A DNA stretch of 64,000 nt from Patescibacteria group bacterium (GTDB taxonomy: Bacteria; Patescibacteriota; Minisyncoccia; Phycocordibacterales; Phycocordibacteraceae): NCBI GenBank assembly GCA_030837225.1, contig JAUPKX010000007.1, positions 158,657-222,656 on the forward strand, in the 5' to 3' direction. Of the stretch, positions 45,667 through 54,512 are shown piece after piece. The translations under genes and the position numbers were made by a program. The notes below the pieces were generated by a model. The model was not told where the DNA came from and searched no databases. It saw nothing but the letters and a program-made list of their open reading frames with translations. Position 1 is the stretch's first letter. Each line of letters opens with the position of its first letter.

Positions 45667-45677
45667 TAGAGACATAG

Positions 45678-45708
45678 AAAAAGAGCCCGTATATACGGGC
45701 TCTTTTTC
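45678..45708. terminator. bidirectional terminator hairpin AGAGCCCGTATATACGGGCTCTTTTT
   Basis: Between converging genes; core GCCCGTATATACGGGC also at 19553-19568. Confidence 0.6.
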
Positions 45709-46445
45709 TATGTAATCGCGGTTAGCTCAATCTTCTTTCGACGGATGATGAACTCTTGGAGGACGCCCACGAGGTTGCTCGTAATGAAGTAGAGAGCGAT
45801 AGCAACGGAGGTGTAGTACGCTGCGACACCGATGAATACCGGTAGCATGAAGCGCATCTGCAGAGCGAGAGAACGTCCGAAGTCTGCCTGCATATCGGTT
45901 CCGGGCTTCTTCGTGCTCTTTTCTGGAACGGGTATCGCATACCAGCCGTATGCGAACTGCGTGATTGCTGCGATAAGTGCGAGCGTGATGCTTACGCCTG
46001 TAACCGCGAAGATACCGAGGAAAAGCGGGGAGATGGCGAGTGGAGCCGGAACAAACGAGTAAAGGATTGAAGCATCCACCGTGAGGAGGGTCTTGTTGTT
46101 AAACACCCAATAGAGCGCAATAACGATAGGGAGCTGAATGATAAGAGTAAGGAGTCCCGCAAACGGATTCACACCGTACTTCTTATAGAGTGCGAACATC
46201 TCTTTCGCCTGTGTTTCCTTATCGTCCTTAAGTTTCTCGCGTATCTCTTTCATCTCAGGCTCGATCGCCTTAATCGCGCGTTGAGTACGGAGTGCCGCAA
46301 ACGAGAGCGGCATGAGAATGACCTTAACTATCAAGGTCGCCGCAACTACCGCAAGACCGATATCCTGCCCAGGCAGAATATCGGTAAGGAACATAAGGAG
46401 GTTATAGATCGGTGTGTAGAGAACGCTATGAAAGAAAGATGCCAT
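45708..46445 (-). CDS. yidC: membrane protein insertase YidC (short form)
   Basis: YidC/Oxa1 core with conserved MPLSFAALRTQRAIKAIEPEMKEIREKLKDD. Confidence 0.9.
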   Translation of the reverse strand: MASFFHSVLYTPIYNLLMFLTDILPGQDIGLAVVAATLIVKVILMPLSFAALRTQRAIKAIEPEMKEIREKLKDDKETQAKEMFALYKKYGVNPFAGLLTLIIQLPIVIALYWVFNNKTLLTVDASILYSFVPAPLAISPLFLGIFAVTGVSITLALIAAITQFAYGWYAIPVPEKSTKKPGTDMQADFGRSLALQMRFMLPVFIGVAAYYTSVAIALYFITSNLVGVLQEFIIRRKKIELTAIT

Positions 46446-46456
46446 GGAAGTTCAGT

Positions 46457-46783
46457 CTACCGTACTTCGGGGAAGGCGCGAGTGAGGAGTTCTTCGAGCT
46501 CCTCTTTAAGAACTGGAAAGGGGATGGTCTGGCTTCCGGGGCGGGCATAGACAATGAGTGCGCGGGTAGGGAGGCACCAGGGCTTCAGTACCGAAAGGAC
46601 CCGACGCTTCAAAAGGTGCCGGCCAACGGAGAGTTTTGAGACTTTTTTAGAGACCACAACCGCGCAGCCACCTTCGGTTTGGTTATCTCGTATAGATAGG
46701 GAAAAATGGCTTGAAACAAGCCTTTTTTCAGGTCCGGTAGGCGCAAAATGCGCCCGAGAGAGGCGCAATTTACGTGGAATCAT
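46457..46783 (-). CDS. rnpA: ribonuclease P protein component
   Basis: Basic 108-aa protein, KKVSKLSVGRHLLKRRV motif; start overlaps rpmH stop (TAATG). Confidence 0.75.
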   Translation of the reverse strand: MIPRKLRLSRAHFAPTGPEKRLVSSHFSLSIRDNQTEGGCAVVVSKKVSKLSVGRHLLKRRVLSVLKPWCLPTRALIVYARPGSQTIPFPVLKEELEELLTRAFPEVR

Positions 46784-46920
46784 TAGACAGTGAGCTTCGA
46801 GCGACCCTTGCGGCGTCGGCGAAGGAGAACAGCGCGTCCTGTAGGGGTACTGGTACGGGCTCGGAAGCCGTGCGTACGCGCGCGCTTACGCTTTTTCGGC
46901 TGATAGGTGCGCTTTGGCAT
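46783..46920 (-). CDS. rpmH: 50S ribosomal protein L34
   Basis: Translation [45 protein letters not shown] (45 aa); absent from ORF track because under 60 aa. Confidence 0.85.
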   Translation of the reverse strand: MPKRTYQPKKRKRARTHGFRARTSTPTGRAVLLRRRRKGRSKLTV

Positions 46921-47009
46921 ATGCACAGGATACTAACAGGTTGACGGGAGAGTAGCAAGCAAAAGCCTTGTCGGGCCCCCGGTCGCGCATTTTTGAAACG
47001 TCCGTATAC

Positions 47010-47018
47010 TTATCCACA
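47010..47018 (+). promoter_or_regulatory. perfect DnaA box TTATCCACA just upstream of dnaA
   Basis: Exact consensus 9-mer, 3 nt before dnaA ATG. Confidence 0.6.
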
Positions 47019-47020
47019 CG

Positions 47021-48373
47021 ATGAATAGGCTTGATGCGCGGGAACTCTGGGAATACACCCTCACGCAGGTGGAGCTCTCCATTTCACCCGCTAACTTCAA
47101 CACGTGGTTTAGGGATAGCTCAATCGTAAAGATTGAAGAGGGGATTGTGTATGTTGGTGTCCCGAGCCAGTTCTTCCGCGACTGGTACCTAAAGAAGTTC
47201 AACATGCTTCTTTTGAAGATCATCCGTGGTGTGAGTCACGAGTACCGCAATATCGAGTACATGATCGTAAAAGACGATCGCAGGCGTCCTCCCAAAGAAT
47301 CTCGCCATAAACCTCAACAGACGGTTGAGATGCCACTCGATGAGTTCTACATAAACAAAAGCGACGGCTTAAATCCTCGCTATACCTTCGACACGTTCGT
47401 GGTTGGTTCTTTTAACGAACTCGCTCATACGGCTGCTCAGGCTGCTTTAAAGCGCCCTGGCATCATGTACAACCCTTTGTTTATCTACGGAGACACTGGA
47501 AGAGGGAAGACTCACTTGATTCAGGCGATCGGCAACCAGTTTAAGAAGCTGTATCCCGGAAGAAAGGTCTTCTATTTAACGTCTGAAACCTTTGGCCAGG
47601 ACTACACGAACTCCATTCAGGCTGGAAACACTAATAGATTCAAGGAGAAGTACCGCCAGTACGACCTATTGATCATGGACGACATTCAGTTCTTCGCGAA
47701 GAAGGACAAGACACAGGAAGAGTTGTTCCATCTCTTCAATGCGCTCTACGACAACAACAAGCAGATCCTCTTCTCCTCTGATAGGGCACCTGCAGCGATA
47801 CCGGACATCGCCGACAGGCTTCGAGGACGCTTCGCGGCCGGTATGTCGATTGATATTGGGGAACCCGACACTGAGAGCCGTATGGCAATTGTCCGCAAGA
47901 AGGCTGCCTCTCACGGGGTATACCTCTCAGACGAGGTTATAGAGCACATCGCGACCTCAATCTCAGGCTCGATCCGAGAACTCGAGGGTGTCATTAACAG
48001 CGTGGTCTGCCACACACAGGTAAAGGGGGTACCACCAGACCTCGCGGAAGTCCGTCATTCGCTTCGTTCCTTTGCGCGTCCGCAGAAAACAGTCTCCGTT
48101 AAGCATGTAGTATCAAAAGTTGCCGAGTTCTATGGCATTGATGAGGAGAGCATCTACGAGAAGACTCGCAGAAGGGAGGTGGTACGTCCTCGCCAGGTAA
48201 TCATGTACATCCTTCGCGAGGATTTCAGTGTGTCGTATCCGACCATTGGCTCGAAACTTGGTGGTCGTGACCACACAACCGTCATACACTCCTGTGAGAA
48301 GGTGAAGAGGGAGGTGCTTGTCGATCCGGACCTCGCAAAAGAGATCCAGGATATTAGAAGCCTGTTGGTATAG
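47021..48373 (+). CDS. dnaA: chromosomal replication initiator DnaA
   Basis: AAA+ Walker A GDTGRGKTHL, Walker B LLIMDDIQF, C-terminal DNA-binding domain (GGRDHTTVIH). Confidence 0.95.
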   Translation: MNRLDARELWEYTLTQVELSISPANFNTWFRDSSIVKIEEGIVYVGVPSQFFRDWYLKKFNMLLLKIIRGVSHEYRNIEYMIVKDDRRRPPKESRHKPQQTVEMPLDEFYINKSDGLNPRYTFDTFVVGSFNELAHTAAQAALKRPGIMYNPLFIYGDTGRGKTHLIQAIGNQFKKLYPGRKVFYLTSETFGQDYTNSIQAGNTNRFKEKYRQYDLLIMDDIQFFAKKDKTQEELFHLFNALYDNNKQILFSSDRAPAAIPDIADRLRGRFAAGMSIDIGEPDTESRMAIVRKKAASHGVYLSDEVIEHIATSISGSIRELEGVINSVVCHTQVKGVPPDLAEVRHSLRSFARPQKTVSVKHVVSKVAEFYGIDEESIYEKTRRREVVRPRQVIMYILREDFSVSYPTIGSKLGGRDHTTVIHSCEKVKREVLVDPDLAKEIQDIRSLLV

Positions 48374-48585
48374 CTGGGGAAAACCTATGGATAACCTTCG
48401 AAAAACTACGGGGATATGCAGGGGAAAGAAGGGTTTCCGAAAGGACAAGAATGTCTTATCCCCAGAACATCTCGTCCAGACGAGGCCGTCCTCAACAGGT
48501 TGTTTCCGGATGAAGCGTCTTACTACCGCCAATCTATTGAACGGAAGGGGTTGTCCCCCGTGTCCACACCCCTAATAATAGGACT
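48374..48585. other. dnaA-dnaN intergenic region with three DnaA-box-like 9-mers (candidate oriC)
   Basis: TTATCCATA (minus, 48386-48394), TTATCCCCA (48456-48464), TGTCCACAC (48561-48569). Confidence 0.45.
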
Positions 48586-49686
48586 ATGATTATTACTTTA
48601 GATAAAAAAGAATTCTCAGAAGGAGTGCAGAGCGTTGCACGCTTCGCAGAGAAGAGAAGCGGCACGCTTCCGGTACTCGCGGGTATCGCAATCATCGCGG
48701 GAGACGATGGCATCAAGCTTCGTGCTACGAATCTCGAGACTGGTGTCGACCTTAAGATCGAAGGCACTATAAAGAGCGATGGCGTTGTGGCGCTCCCGGC
48801 AGCAACCCTTCGCGATATTGCATCCTCGCTTTCTGGAAGTGGCACATTAACGCTCGAGCATTCGGGTGACACGGTCCTTGTATCAACCGGAAACGGCCGC
48901 TCAACGCTCAAGACCCTCGCGTTCGAGGATTTCCCTACACTTCCTCTCCCTGAGTCCCCACGGGCGAAATTCGAGCTTCCAGGAAGTCTCCTTAAGGCAC
49001 TTGTTATGTCGGTTGTGTCGTATGCATCCACGTCTACTGTTCGTCCTGAACTCGCGTCTGTCCTTATTGCAGGAGAAGGAAGCGCCCTTAAGGCGGTTGC
49101 CACAGATTCTTTCCGTCTTGCAGAGAAGAAAGTATCGCTTTCAAGCTCCATTGCAGCGTTCTCGATGCTTATTCCTGCAAAGAATGCGATTGATATCATG
49201 CAGACATTGCCTGACGAGACTATTGAAATCGCGGTAGACGAGCACCAGTGCGCGTTCTACTGGAAGAAGGGTGTCCTTACGACTCGTCTCGTTACCGCTA
49301 ACTATCCGGACTACACCCAGATTATCCCAAAGTCCTTTGTCTCTGAGGCAACCGTCCTTAAGAAGGACTTCGAGGCGGCACTCAAGCGTACTGCTATCTT
49401 CTCGGACACCTTCCAGAAGGTGCGTCTTGGGTTTGATGCAGGATCAAAAGCAGTTGCACTCTCGGCACAGAATGCAGATGTAGGGGATTCAGCTGAATCT
49501 ATTCCTGCTGCTATCTCAGGAGATGCGGTTGAGCTCTCCTTCAACCATCGGTATCTTTCAGCGCCAATCTCAACCATTGCTGCAGAGAGTATTTCTTTGT
49601 CTGCAAGCGGTATTGGTAGAGCAATGGTTATGCGAGGTTCAGGGGACACTTCGTTCTTGTATCTCGTGATGCCGATGAATCAGTAG
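48586..49686 (+). CDS. dnaN: DNA polymerase III beta sliding clamp
   Basis: Three-domain beta-clamp, 366 aa, immediately after dnaA. Confidence 0.9.
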   Translation: MIITLDKKEFSEGVQSVARFAEKRSGTLPVLAGIAIIAGDDGIKLRATNLETGVDLKIEGTIKSDGVVALPAATLRDIASSLSGSGTLTLEHSGDTVLVSTGNGRSTLKTLAFEDFPTLPLPESPRAKFELPGSLLKALVMSVVSYASTSTVRPELASVLIAGEGSALKAVATDSFRLAEKKVSLSSSIAAFSMLIPAKNAIDIMQTLPDETIEIAVDEHQCAFYWKKGVLTTRLVTANYPDYTQIIPKSFVSEATVLKKDFEAALKRTAIFSDTFQKVRLGFDAGSKAVALSAQNADVGDSAESIPAAISGDAVELSFNHRYLSAPISTIAAESISLSASGIGRAMVMRGSGDTSFLYLVMPMNQ

Positions 49687-49746
49687 GTTTGATCTCCAGA
49701 CCCCAGCAATTGATATTTGGTACTTGTTCTCTTTTACCAAGCAACC

Positions 49747-50379
49747 CTACTTTATTACTTCAAGCTGGCAAGTCTTTTCATCGCAATAAATTACTTCGCC
49801 ACGTACACTGATAGCACTGAAAACAAACGTACCGTCACTTGTATCGCTGTCACCTTTTGTACTGAGACGCCACCCTTTAGGAAACCCATCTTGGGTAAAG
49901 TTCTCTTGATCATCGTGCAGTGGGTAGTACCAGGAACCTGTAGGGGCAGAGGCGCACATACTACCAGGATTTGGATTGTACTGTTGAGTAGGATACTGCA
50001 AGTTGTACCCAGCTAATACGCACTGCAAAGCGATTTCGCGCCTTGATTCCATGAACTCAAGTACAGTTGATGCAGGAAGTACTTCTCTCTCGGGTACGAG
50101 TCCTCCCCAACGAGTAACTACACCAATGAATGAGACAGCAAATAGTACTAGTAAAATTGAAAGAAGAGTCCAACGCTTTTGAAAGAAAAGTGCGAGGAGT
50201 GCTATAAGTGCAAACGCAAGAAGAACTACACCGATCAAAAGCCTCATTGGTTGGAAGTCATCTCCAATACCAATATTGAGGGTGAGAGGATCAAGAATAA
50301 AGCTCAGACCGCCAATGAAGACCGCAACAAAAATTGGAACAGCGACCATCACTATATGTCTATGATTTGTTGGGTCCAT
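49747..50379 (-). CDS. membrane protein, hypothetical (AT-richer island)
   Basis: Four TM helices then extracellular Cys-containing domain. Confidence 0.45.
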   Translation of the reverse strand: MDPTNHRHIVMVAVPIFVAVFIGGLSFILDPLTLNIGIGDDFQPMRLLIGVVLLAFALIALLALFFQKRWTLLSILLVLFAVSFIGVVTRWGGLVPEREVLPASTVLEFMESRREIALQCVLAGYNLQYPTQQYNPNPGSMCASAPTGSWYYPLHDDQENFTQDGFPKGWRLSTKGDSDTSDGTFVFSAISVRGEVIYCDEKTCQLEVIK

Positions 50380-50412
50380 GAAAGTTTAGATTGCTTCCAA
50401 TTTATCATGCTG

Positions 50413-50437
50413 GTGCCAACATCGTCGCAGACTGCCT
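50413..50437 (+). repeat. 25-bp motif variant GTGCCAACATCGTCGCAGACTGCCT (copy c)
   Basis: 22/25 identical to copies a/b; 56 nt upstream of 50494 gene. Confidence 0.7.
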
Positions 50438-50493
50438 AAGGTGGATATGTTGATATTTCATTCTGTAATCTAGAAGACTTATATACTCTAACT

Positions 50494-50856
50494 ATGAATA
50501 CATCACCATCAGAGACAGGTAAGCGGCCCGTAATCATCAGCATAATATGTGTAGTCGGATTCCTGGGCGGCATCCTCTCCCTCGCAGGAATTATAATTCC
50601 TGCTTCCCGAGCAATGCTTGTAGAAAGCTACGGAATGTCATTTGTGATTCTAACTGCCGTGCTAACCATCCTGACGTTTGCGAGTCTCATCGGATTCTGG
50701 AAGATGAAGAAATGGGGACTCTACACATATATCGTGGCCACTGTTCTCGGAATGGTCGGAGGCCTGTACCTAGGATTACCATTCAACGTTCTTAGTTACA
50801 TAGTCCCCACAGCGATAGTTGTTACTGGTCTCTTTTATTTCAAGCGTTTCAGGTAG
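50494..50856 (+). CDS. small four-TM membrane protein, hypothetical
   Basis: Hydrophobic helices throughout. Confidence 0.5.
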   Translation: MNTSPSETGKRPVIISIICVVGFLGGILSLAGIIIPASRAMLVESYGMSFVILTAVLTILTFASLIGFWKMKKWGLYTYIVATVLGMVGGLYLGLPFNVLSYIVPTAIVVTGLFYFKRFR

Positions 50857-50865
50857 TCTACAAAG

Positions 50866-50895
50866 CAAAAACCGCACTTAGTGCGGTTTTTCTTT
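50866..50895. terminator. bidirectional terminator AAAAACCGCACTTAGTGCGGTTTTTCTTT
   Basis: Between converging genes 50494-50856 and PBP gene. Confidence 0.6.
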
Positions 50896-50904
50896 ATTTC
50901 ATAA

Positions 50905-53100
50905 CTAATTATTCTCCTGCCTCTGCCTCCTCCGTTCTTCGCGATCAAGAGCACGTTGTTCGTCCTCGGTTAACTCAGGAACTGGTTCTGTAGTGGTTGC
51001 AGTTTCTTGCTGCATCATGCCCGTCCACATCTGGATTGGTGTTTCCCAGTATGCGAGCTGTGGATCAGAATACGGGTTAACCGGCGGAGGACCTTGAGGA
51101 TTCTCCTTGTTGGTTAAGAGAAGAAGGGAGTGGTAGCTCACAACACCGCGAAGTACTGCCGGGGCGCTCTCAGGAATGCCTGGCGGCTCATTAAAGTATT
51201 CCTTCGGTACCTTTGTAAGTGCTACGTCCATAAATGCACGCCACATAGGAGCTACGATGTAGCCGGCAATTTCCTTAACCATCGGCGTGTTGTCGTTGTT
51301 TCCAGCCCACACCGCAACCGCGAGCGTCGGGGAGTAGCCAACGGTCCATGCATCGCGTGATTCGTTGGTGGTACCGGTCTTTGCCGCTACATCGTAGTCC
51401 GTGAAGGCAAGTGGATTAACCGGATTGTAGGAAGGAATACGTGCCTGATTGTCTGACATGATGTCAGCAATCTGACGCGCAACACCCTGATCGATAGCTT
51501 GTTCAGGTGCTGGTGTGAACTTCTCAATAACACGCCCCTTCATGTCACGGATCTCGAGGATACCGGTTGGGGGATTCCTAACACCGTCATTTGCAAACAC
51601 ACCCATGGCACTTGCCATCTGGAGAGGGGAGACCTCAGCAGCGCCAAGCGCAAAGGAGAGTCCGTAATCTTTCGCGGTTCCAAGGGAGGTGATTCCCATG
51701 CGAGTTGAAAGATTAATCACGTTATCAATTCCTGCGAGGTAGAGCGCCTTAACTGCTGGAATGTTGATTGATTGTGCGAGTGCGGTACGGAACGTCATAG
51801 GGCCACGGAACGTTAGGTCATAGTTCTGTGGTGCGTAGCAGGGAGGCTCGCTGTTTCCGGTGTCAGAAGGTGAGCAGGCGGTTGAGAACTGCGTCGGCAC
51901 ATCAAAGATAACGGTCTCTGGGGTGTAGCCCTTCTCAATAGCGGCTGCGTACACGAATGGCTTAAACGAGGAACCTGGCTGGCGGGGAGCAACCGCAACA
52001 TTGTAGTTGCCGGGAATAATCTCATCGAAGTAATCACGCGAGCCAACCATAGAAAGGATCTGTCCGGTCTTTGGGTCGATTGCAACGAGAGCCGCGTTTG
52101 AAGCATTGAACTTTGCAGTGTTTGCGAGGGCGTATTCCTTCACGATAGACTGCGCTGCGTTCTGCATTTCTGCATCGAGGGTGGTTATAACCGAAAGACC
52201 TTGTGTCACTACGTCTGGGCCATACTTTTGTTCAAGAAGCCCCTCAATATAGAAGACGAAGTGCGGCGCAAGGATCGAGTTGTTCTGCTGGCGACTGAAG
52301 ACAACGAGCTCGCGCTTTGCGGACGCAGCTTCTTCTGCGGTGAGGTACCCGAGATACTCCATGCGATCGATCACATAGTCCTTACGAACATCGAGCTCGT
52401 CACGATTGTTGCCGTACGGGGAGTAATAGGTAGGAAGCTGGGGGATCGCGGCCAGATACGCAGCCTCGGCAACAGAAAGATCATTCGCGCTCTTTCCATA
52501 GAACGAACGACTGGCTACTTCTGCGCCGTAGAGAGTTCCACCGTACGGGGTTACGTTGAAATAGAATTCAAGAATCTGGTCCTTGGTGTACTTCTGCTCG
52601 AGTTTCCAAGCGAGTACCCATTCCTGAAACTTACGAATAGGACTCTTAACACCTGACAGAATCGTGTTCTTTACTACCTGCTGCGTTATGGTCGACCCAC
52701 CCTGAGCAAAGGAAAGGGTCTGAATATCAACCCAAATAGCACGCGCAACCGCCTTCAAGGATACGCCGCTATGGTTGTAGAACTCAGAGTCCTCAATAGC
52801 GATAGCTGCTTTCTGGAGATTTGGTGAGATTTCAGCCAGGGGTACGATGTTCCGGCGCACGTCATGGTTGAGATCGTAGAGCACGGTCTTTCCAGTGCGG
52901 TCGTAGATCTTCGTAGACTGCGCTACCTTCCGGGAGTCAAAGGAGTTCAGGTCCGGAATTGGTGTAAGGGCAGCCCAGAGGATACCCGCACCAGCCAAAA
53001 GCATGAGGCCACCAACACCAATAAAGAGGATACGGAGCACAGGATGGGGATTCTCGAGGTGTGCACGCACGTTGAGCTTCTTGCGGGGTCGTTTCGGCAT
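50905..53100 (-). CDS. mrcA: class A penicillin-binding protein (transglycosylase + transpeptidase)
   Basis: GT51 motifs EDSEFYNHSGV, GGSTITQQ; TPase motifs SSFKP, SIN (AQSINIPAV), KTGTT. Confidence 0.9.
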   Translation of the reverse strand: MPKRPRKKLNVRAHLENPHPVLRILFIGVGGLMLLAGAGILWAALTPIPDLNSFDSRKVAQSTKIYDRTGKTVLYDLNHDVRRNIVPLAEISPNLQKAAIAIEDSEFYNHSGVSLKAVARAIWVDIQTLSFAQGGSTITQQVVKNTILSGVKSPIRKFQEWVLAWKLEQKYTKDQILEFYFNVTPYGGTLYGAEVASRSFYGKSANDLSVAEAAYLAAIPQLPTYYSPYGNNRDELDVRKDYVIDRMEYLGYLTAEEAASAKRELVVFSRQQNNSILAPHFVFYIEGLLEQKYGPDVVTQGLSVITTLDAEMQNAAQSIVKEYALANTAKFNASNAALVAIDPKTGQILSMVGSRDYFDEIIPGNYNVAVAPRQPGSSFKPFVYAAAIEKGYTPETVIFDVPTQFSTACSPSDTGNSEPPCYAPQNYDLTFRGPMTFRTALAQSINIPAVKALYLAGIDNVINLSTRMGITSLGTAKDYGLSFALGAAEVSPLQMASAMGVFANDGVRNPPTGILEIRDMKGRVIEKFTPAPEQAIDQGVARQIADIMSDNQARIPSYNPVNPLAFTDYDVAAKTGTTNESRDAWTVGYSPTLAVAVWAGNNDNTPMVKEIAGYIVAPMWRAFMDVALTKVPKEYFNEPPGIPESAPAVLRGVVSYHSLLLLTNKENPQGPPPVNPYSDPQLAYWETPIQMWTGMMQQETATTTEPVPELTEDEQRALDREERRRQRQENN

Positions 53101-53150
53101 GATTTGACCATGTTATCACGAAGAACGGCCCCTGTTGGGGGCCGTTTCGC

Positions 53151-53273
53151 TTAGATTACGTCTTCTTCCTCAGATTCTTCATCCTCATCGAGTTCGTCTT
53201 CTTCCTCGTCTACCAAGGGAAGGCCGTTCTCGTCGAGTTCTTCTTCTGTATCGAGCTTCTCGTCGTCAAACAT
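53151..53273 (-). CDS. possible small acidic protein (40 aa)
   Basis: MFDDEKLDTEEELDENGLPLVDEEEDELDEDEESEEEDVI; no RBS; followed by hairpin at 53121-53150. Confidence 0.2.
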   Translation of the reverse strand: MFDDEKLDTEEELDENGLPLVDEEEDELDEDEESEEEDVI

Positions 53274-53360
53274 GATGGGTACGAAATTACGTGTAGTGTG
53301 CCCCGCAATGCGAAGCTTCTCTATTTGAACAGACCCGGCAGTTTTTGGAAACAGGAATAC

Positions 53361-53831
53361 CTAGATGCGTGTGGACAGTGCACAGATGCCAAGTGCAATT
53401 GCATCAAGTTCGTCGTCGAGGCGCTTCTTTAGGGGTAGCTGTATAAGGCGGGGAATCATTCCGGCTACCGCTTTCTTGTCGGCGTTCCCGTACCCCGTAA
53501 CTGCAAGCTTCACCTGTTGCGGGGAATGCTCAGAGACGGAAAGTCCGGCTTCTGCGGCAGCAGAGAGTGCGGCACCTCTTGCTTCCGCAACGCCTAACGC
53601 ACTTCGTTTGTTGTTCGTGCTCCAGAATAGATTCTCTATAGCGACACGTTCTGGTGCATATTCTTTGATTGCGAACGCAACAGCTTCATGGATACATGCG
53701 AGGCGCTCTTCGGCAGCACCCTTAGGTGGAAGAATAGTGTCGCTCCATATATGGGTAGGTCTCGAAGGATCTCCCTCGAGAACAGCGAGGCCCATGCGAT
53801 CGTATCCGGGATCGATAGCCAGGATACGCAT
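53361..53831 (-). CDS. ruvC: Holliday junction resolvase RuvC
   Basis: MRILAIDPGYDRMGLAV ... catalytic acidic residues, 156 aa. Confidence 0.9.
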   Translation of the reverse strand: MRILAIDPGYDRMGLAVLEGDPSRPTHIWSDTILPPKGAAEERLACIHEAVAFAIKEYAPERVAIENLFWSTNNKRSALGVAEARGAALSAAAEAGLSVSEHSPQQVKLAVTGYGNADKKAVAGMIPRLIQLPLKKRLDDELDAIALGICALSTRI

Positions 53832-53832
53832 T

Positions 53833-54393
53833 CTAGTCGCTTTCGTTACTCTCGTATCCGCGCGCGTTTGTGAACACGCGTTGCACGTCGTCGTTTTCGT
53901 CGATGAGGTCGAAGATCTTGCCGAGTGATTCTTCGTCCACTTCTGAGAGATCCATCAAAGGCTCGTTCGGAGCGAACTTGCCATCGGGAGACTTCTGGAA
54001 TGCCCAAGCCGCTGATCCTGGAGAGCCGAGCTCGAAGCCGCTCTTTGAAATAAGATGCTTAATCTCTTGGGTTGTGCGGTTTGTGTTGTCCGTAAGAGTG
54101 TCGATTATTATCGCAGTACCTCCTGGTCCGTACCATTCGTACACTACCTGCGATAGTTCGCCCGCTTCTTTCGATGCACCCTTTGTTACGGCGCGTTCAA
54201 TATTGTCTTTGGGCATGTTCGCAGCTTTCGCTCGCTCGATAGCAGCTGCGAGGCCTGGAGAGGAGAGATTGCCGCCTGCTTTCTTTGCTTCAATAGCGAT
54301 TAGCTTCGCGAAGCGAGAGAACGTCTTCGATCGGGCAGCGTCCGTAACGCCTTTCTGTCTCTTAATCTGTGACCATTTGCTGTGTCCTGACAT
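53833..54393 (-). CDS. yebC: YebC/PmpR-family transcriptional regulator
   Basis: MSGHSKWSQIKRQKG N-terminus diagnostic of YebC family. Confidence 0.85.
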   Translation of the reverse strand: MSGHSKWSQIKRQKGVTDAARSKTFSRFAKLIAIEAKKAGGNLSSPGLAAAIERAKAANMPKDNIERAVTKGASKEAGELSQVVYEWYGPGGTAIIIDTLTDNTNRTTQEIKHLISKSGFELGSPGSAAWAFQKSPDGKFAPNEPLMDLSEVDEESLGKIFDLIDENDDVQRVFTNARGYESNESD

Positions 54394-54454
54394 AGACGTA
54401 TTTTACCCCACAAACCCTACTCCAGGTTTTTGTTAATTTAATTTAGGGCACGCC

Positions 54455-54479
54455 ATTATTGTTGTCCCAGACCGTCACA
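54455..54479 (+). repeat. weak, partial copy of the 25-bp motif (core GTCCCAGAC)
   Basis: About 12/21 identities to consensus; upstream of 54513 gene. Confidence 0.3.
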
Positions 54480-54512
54480 GTGTTTATGGGGCCCCGTGAC
54501 TATAATAGTTAT

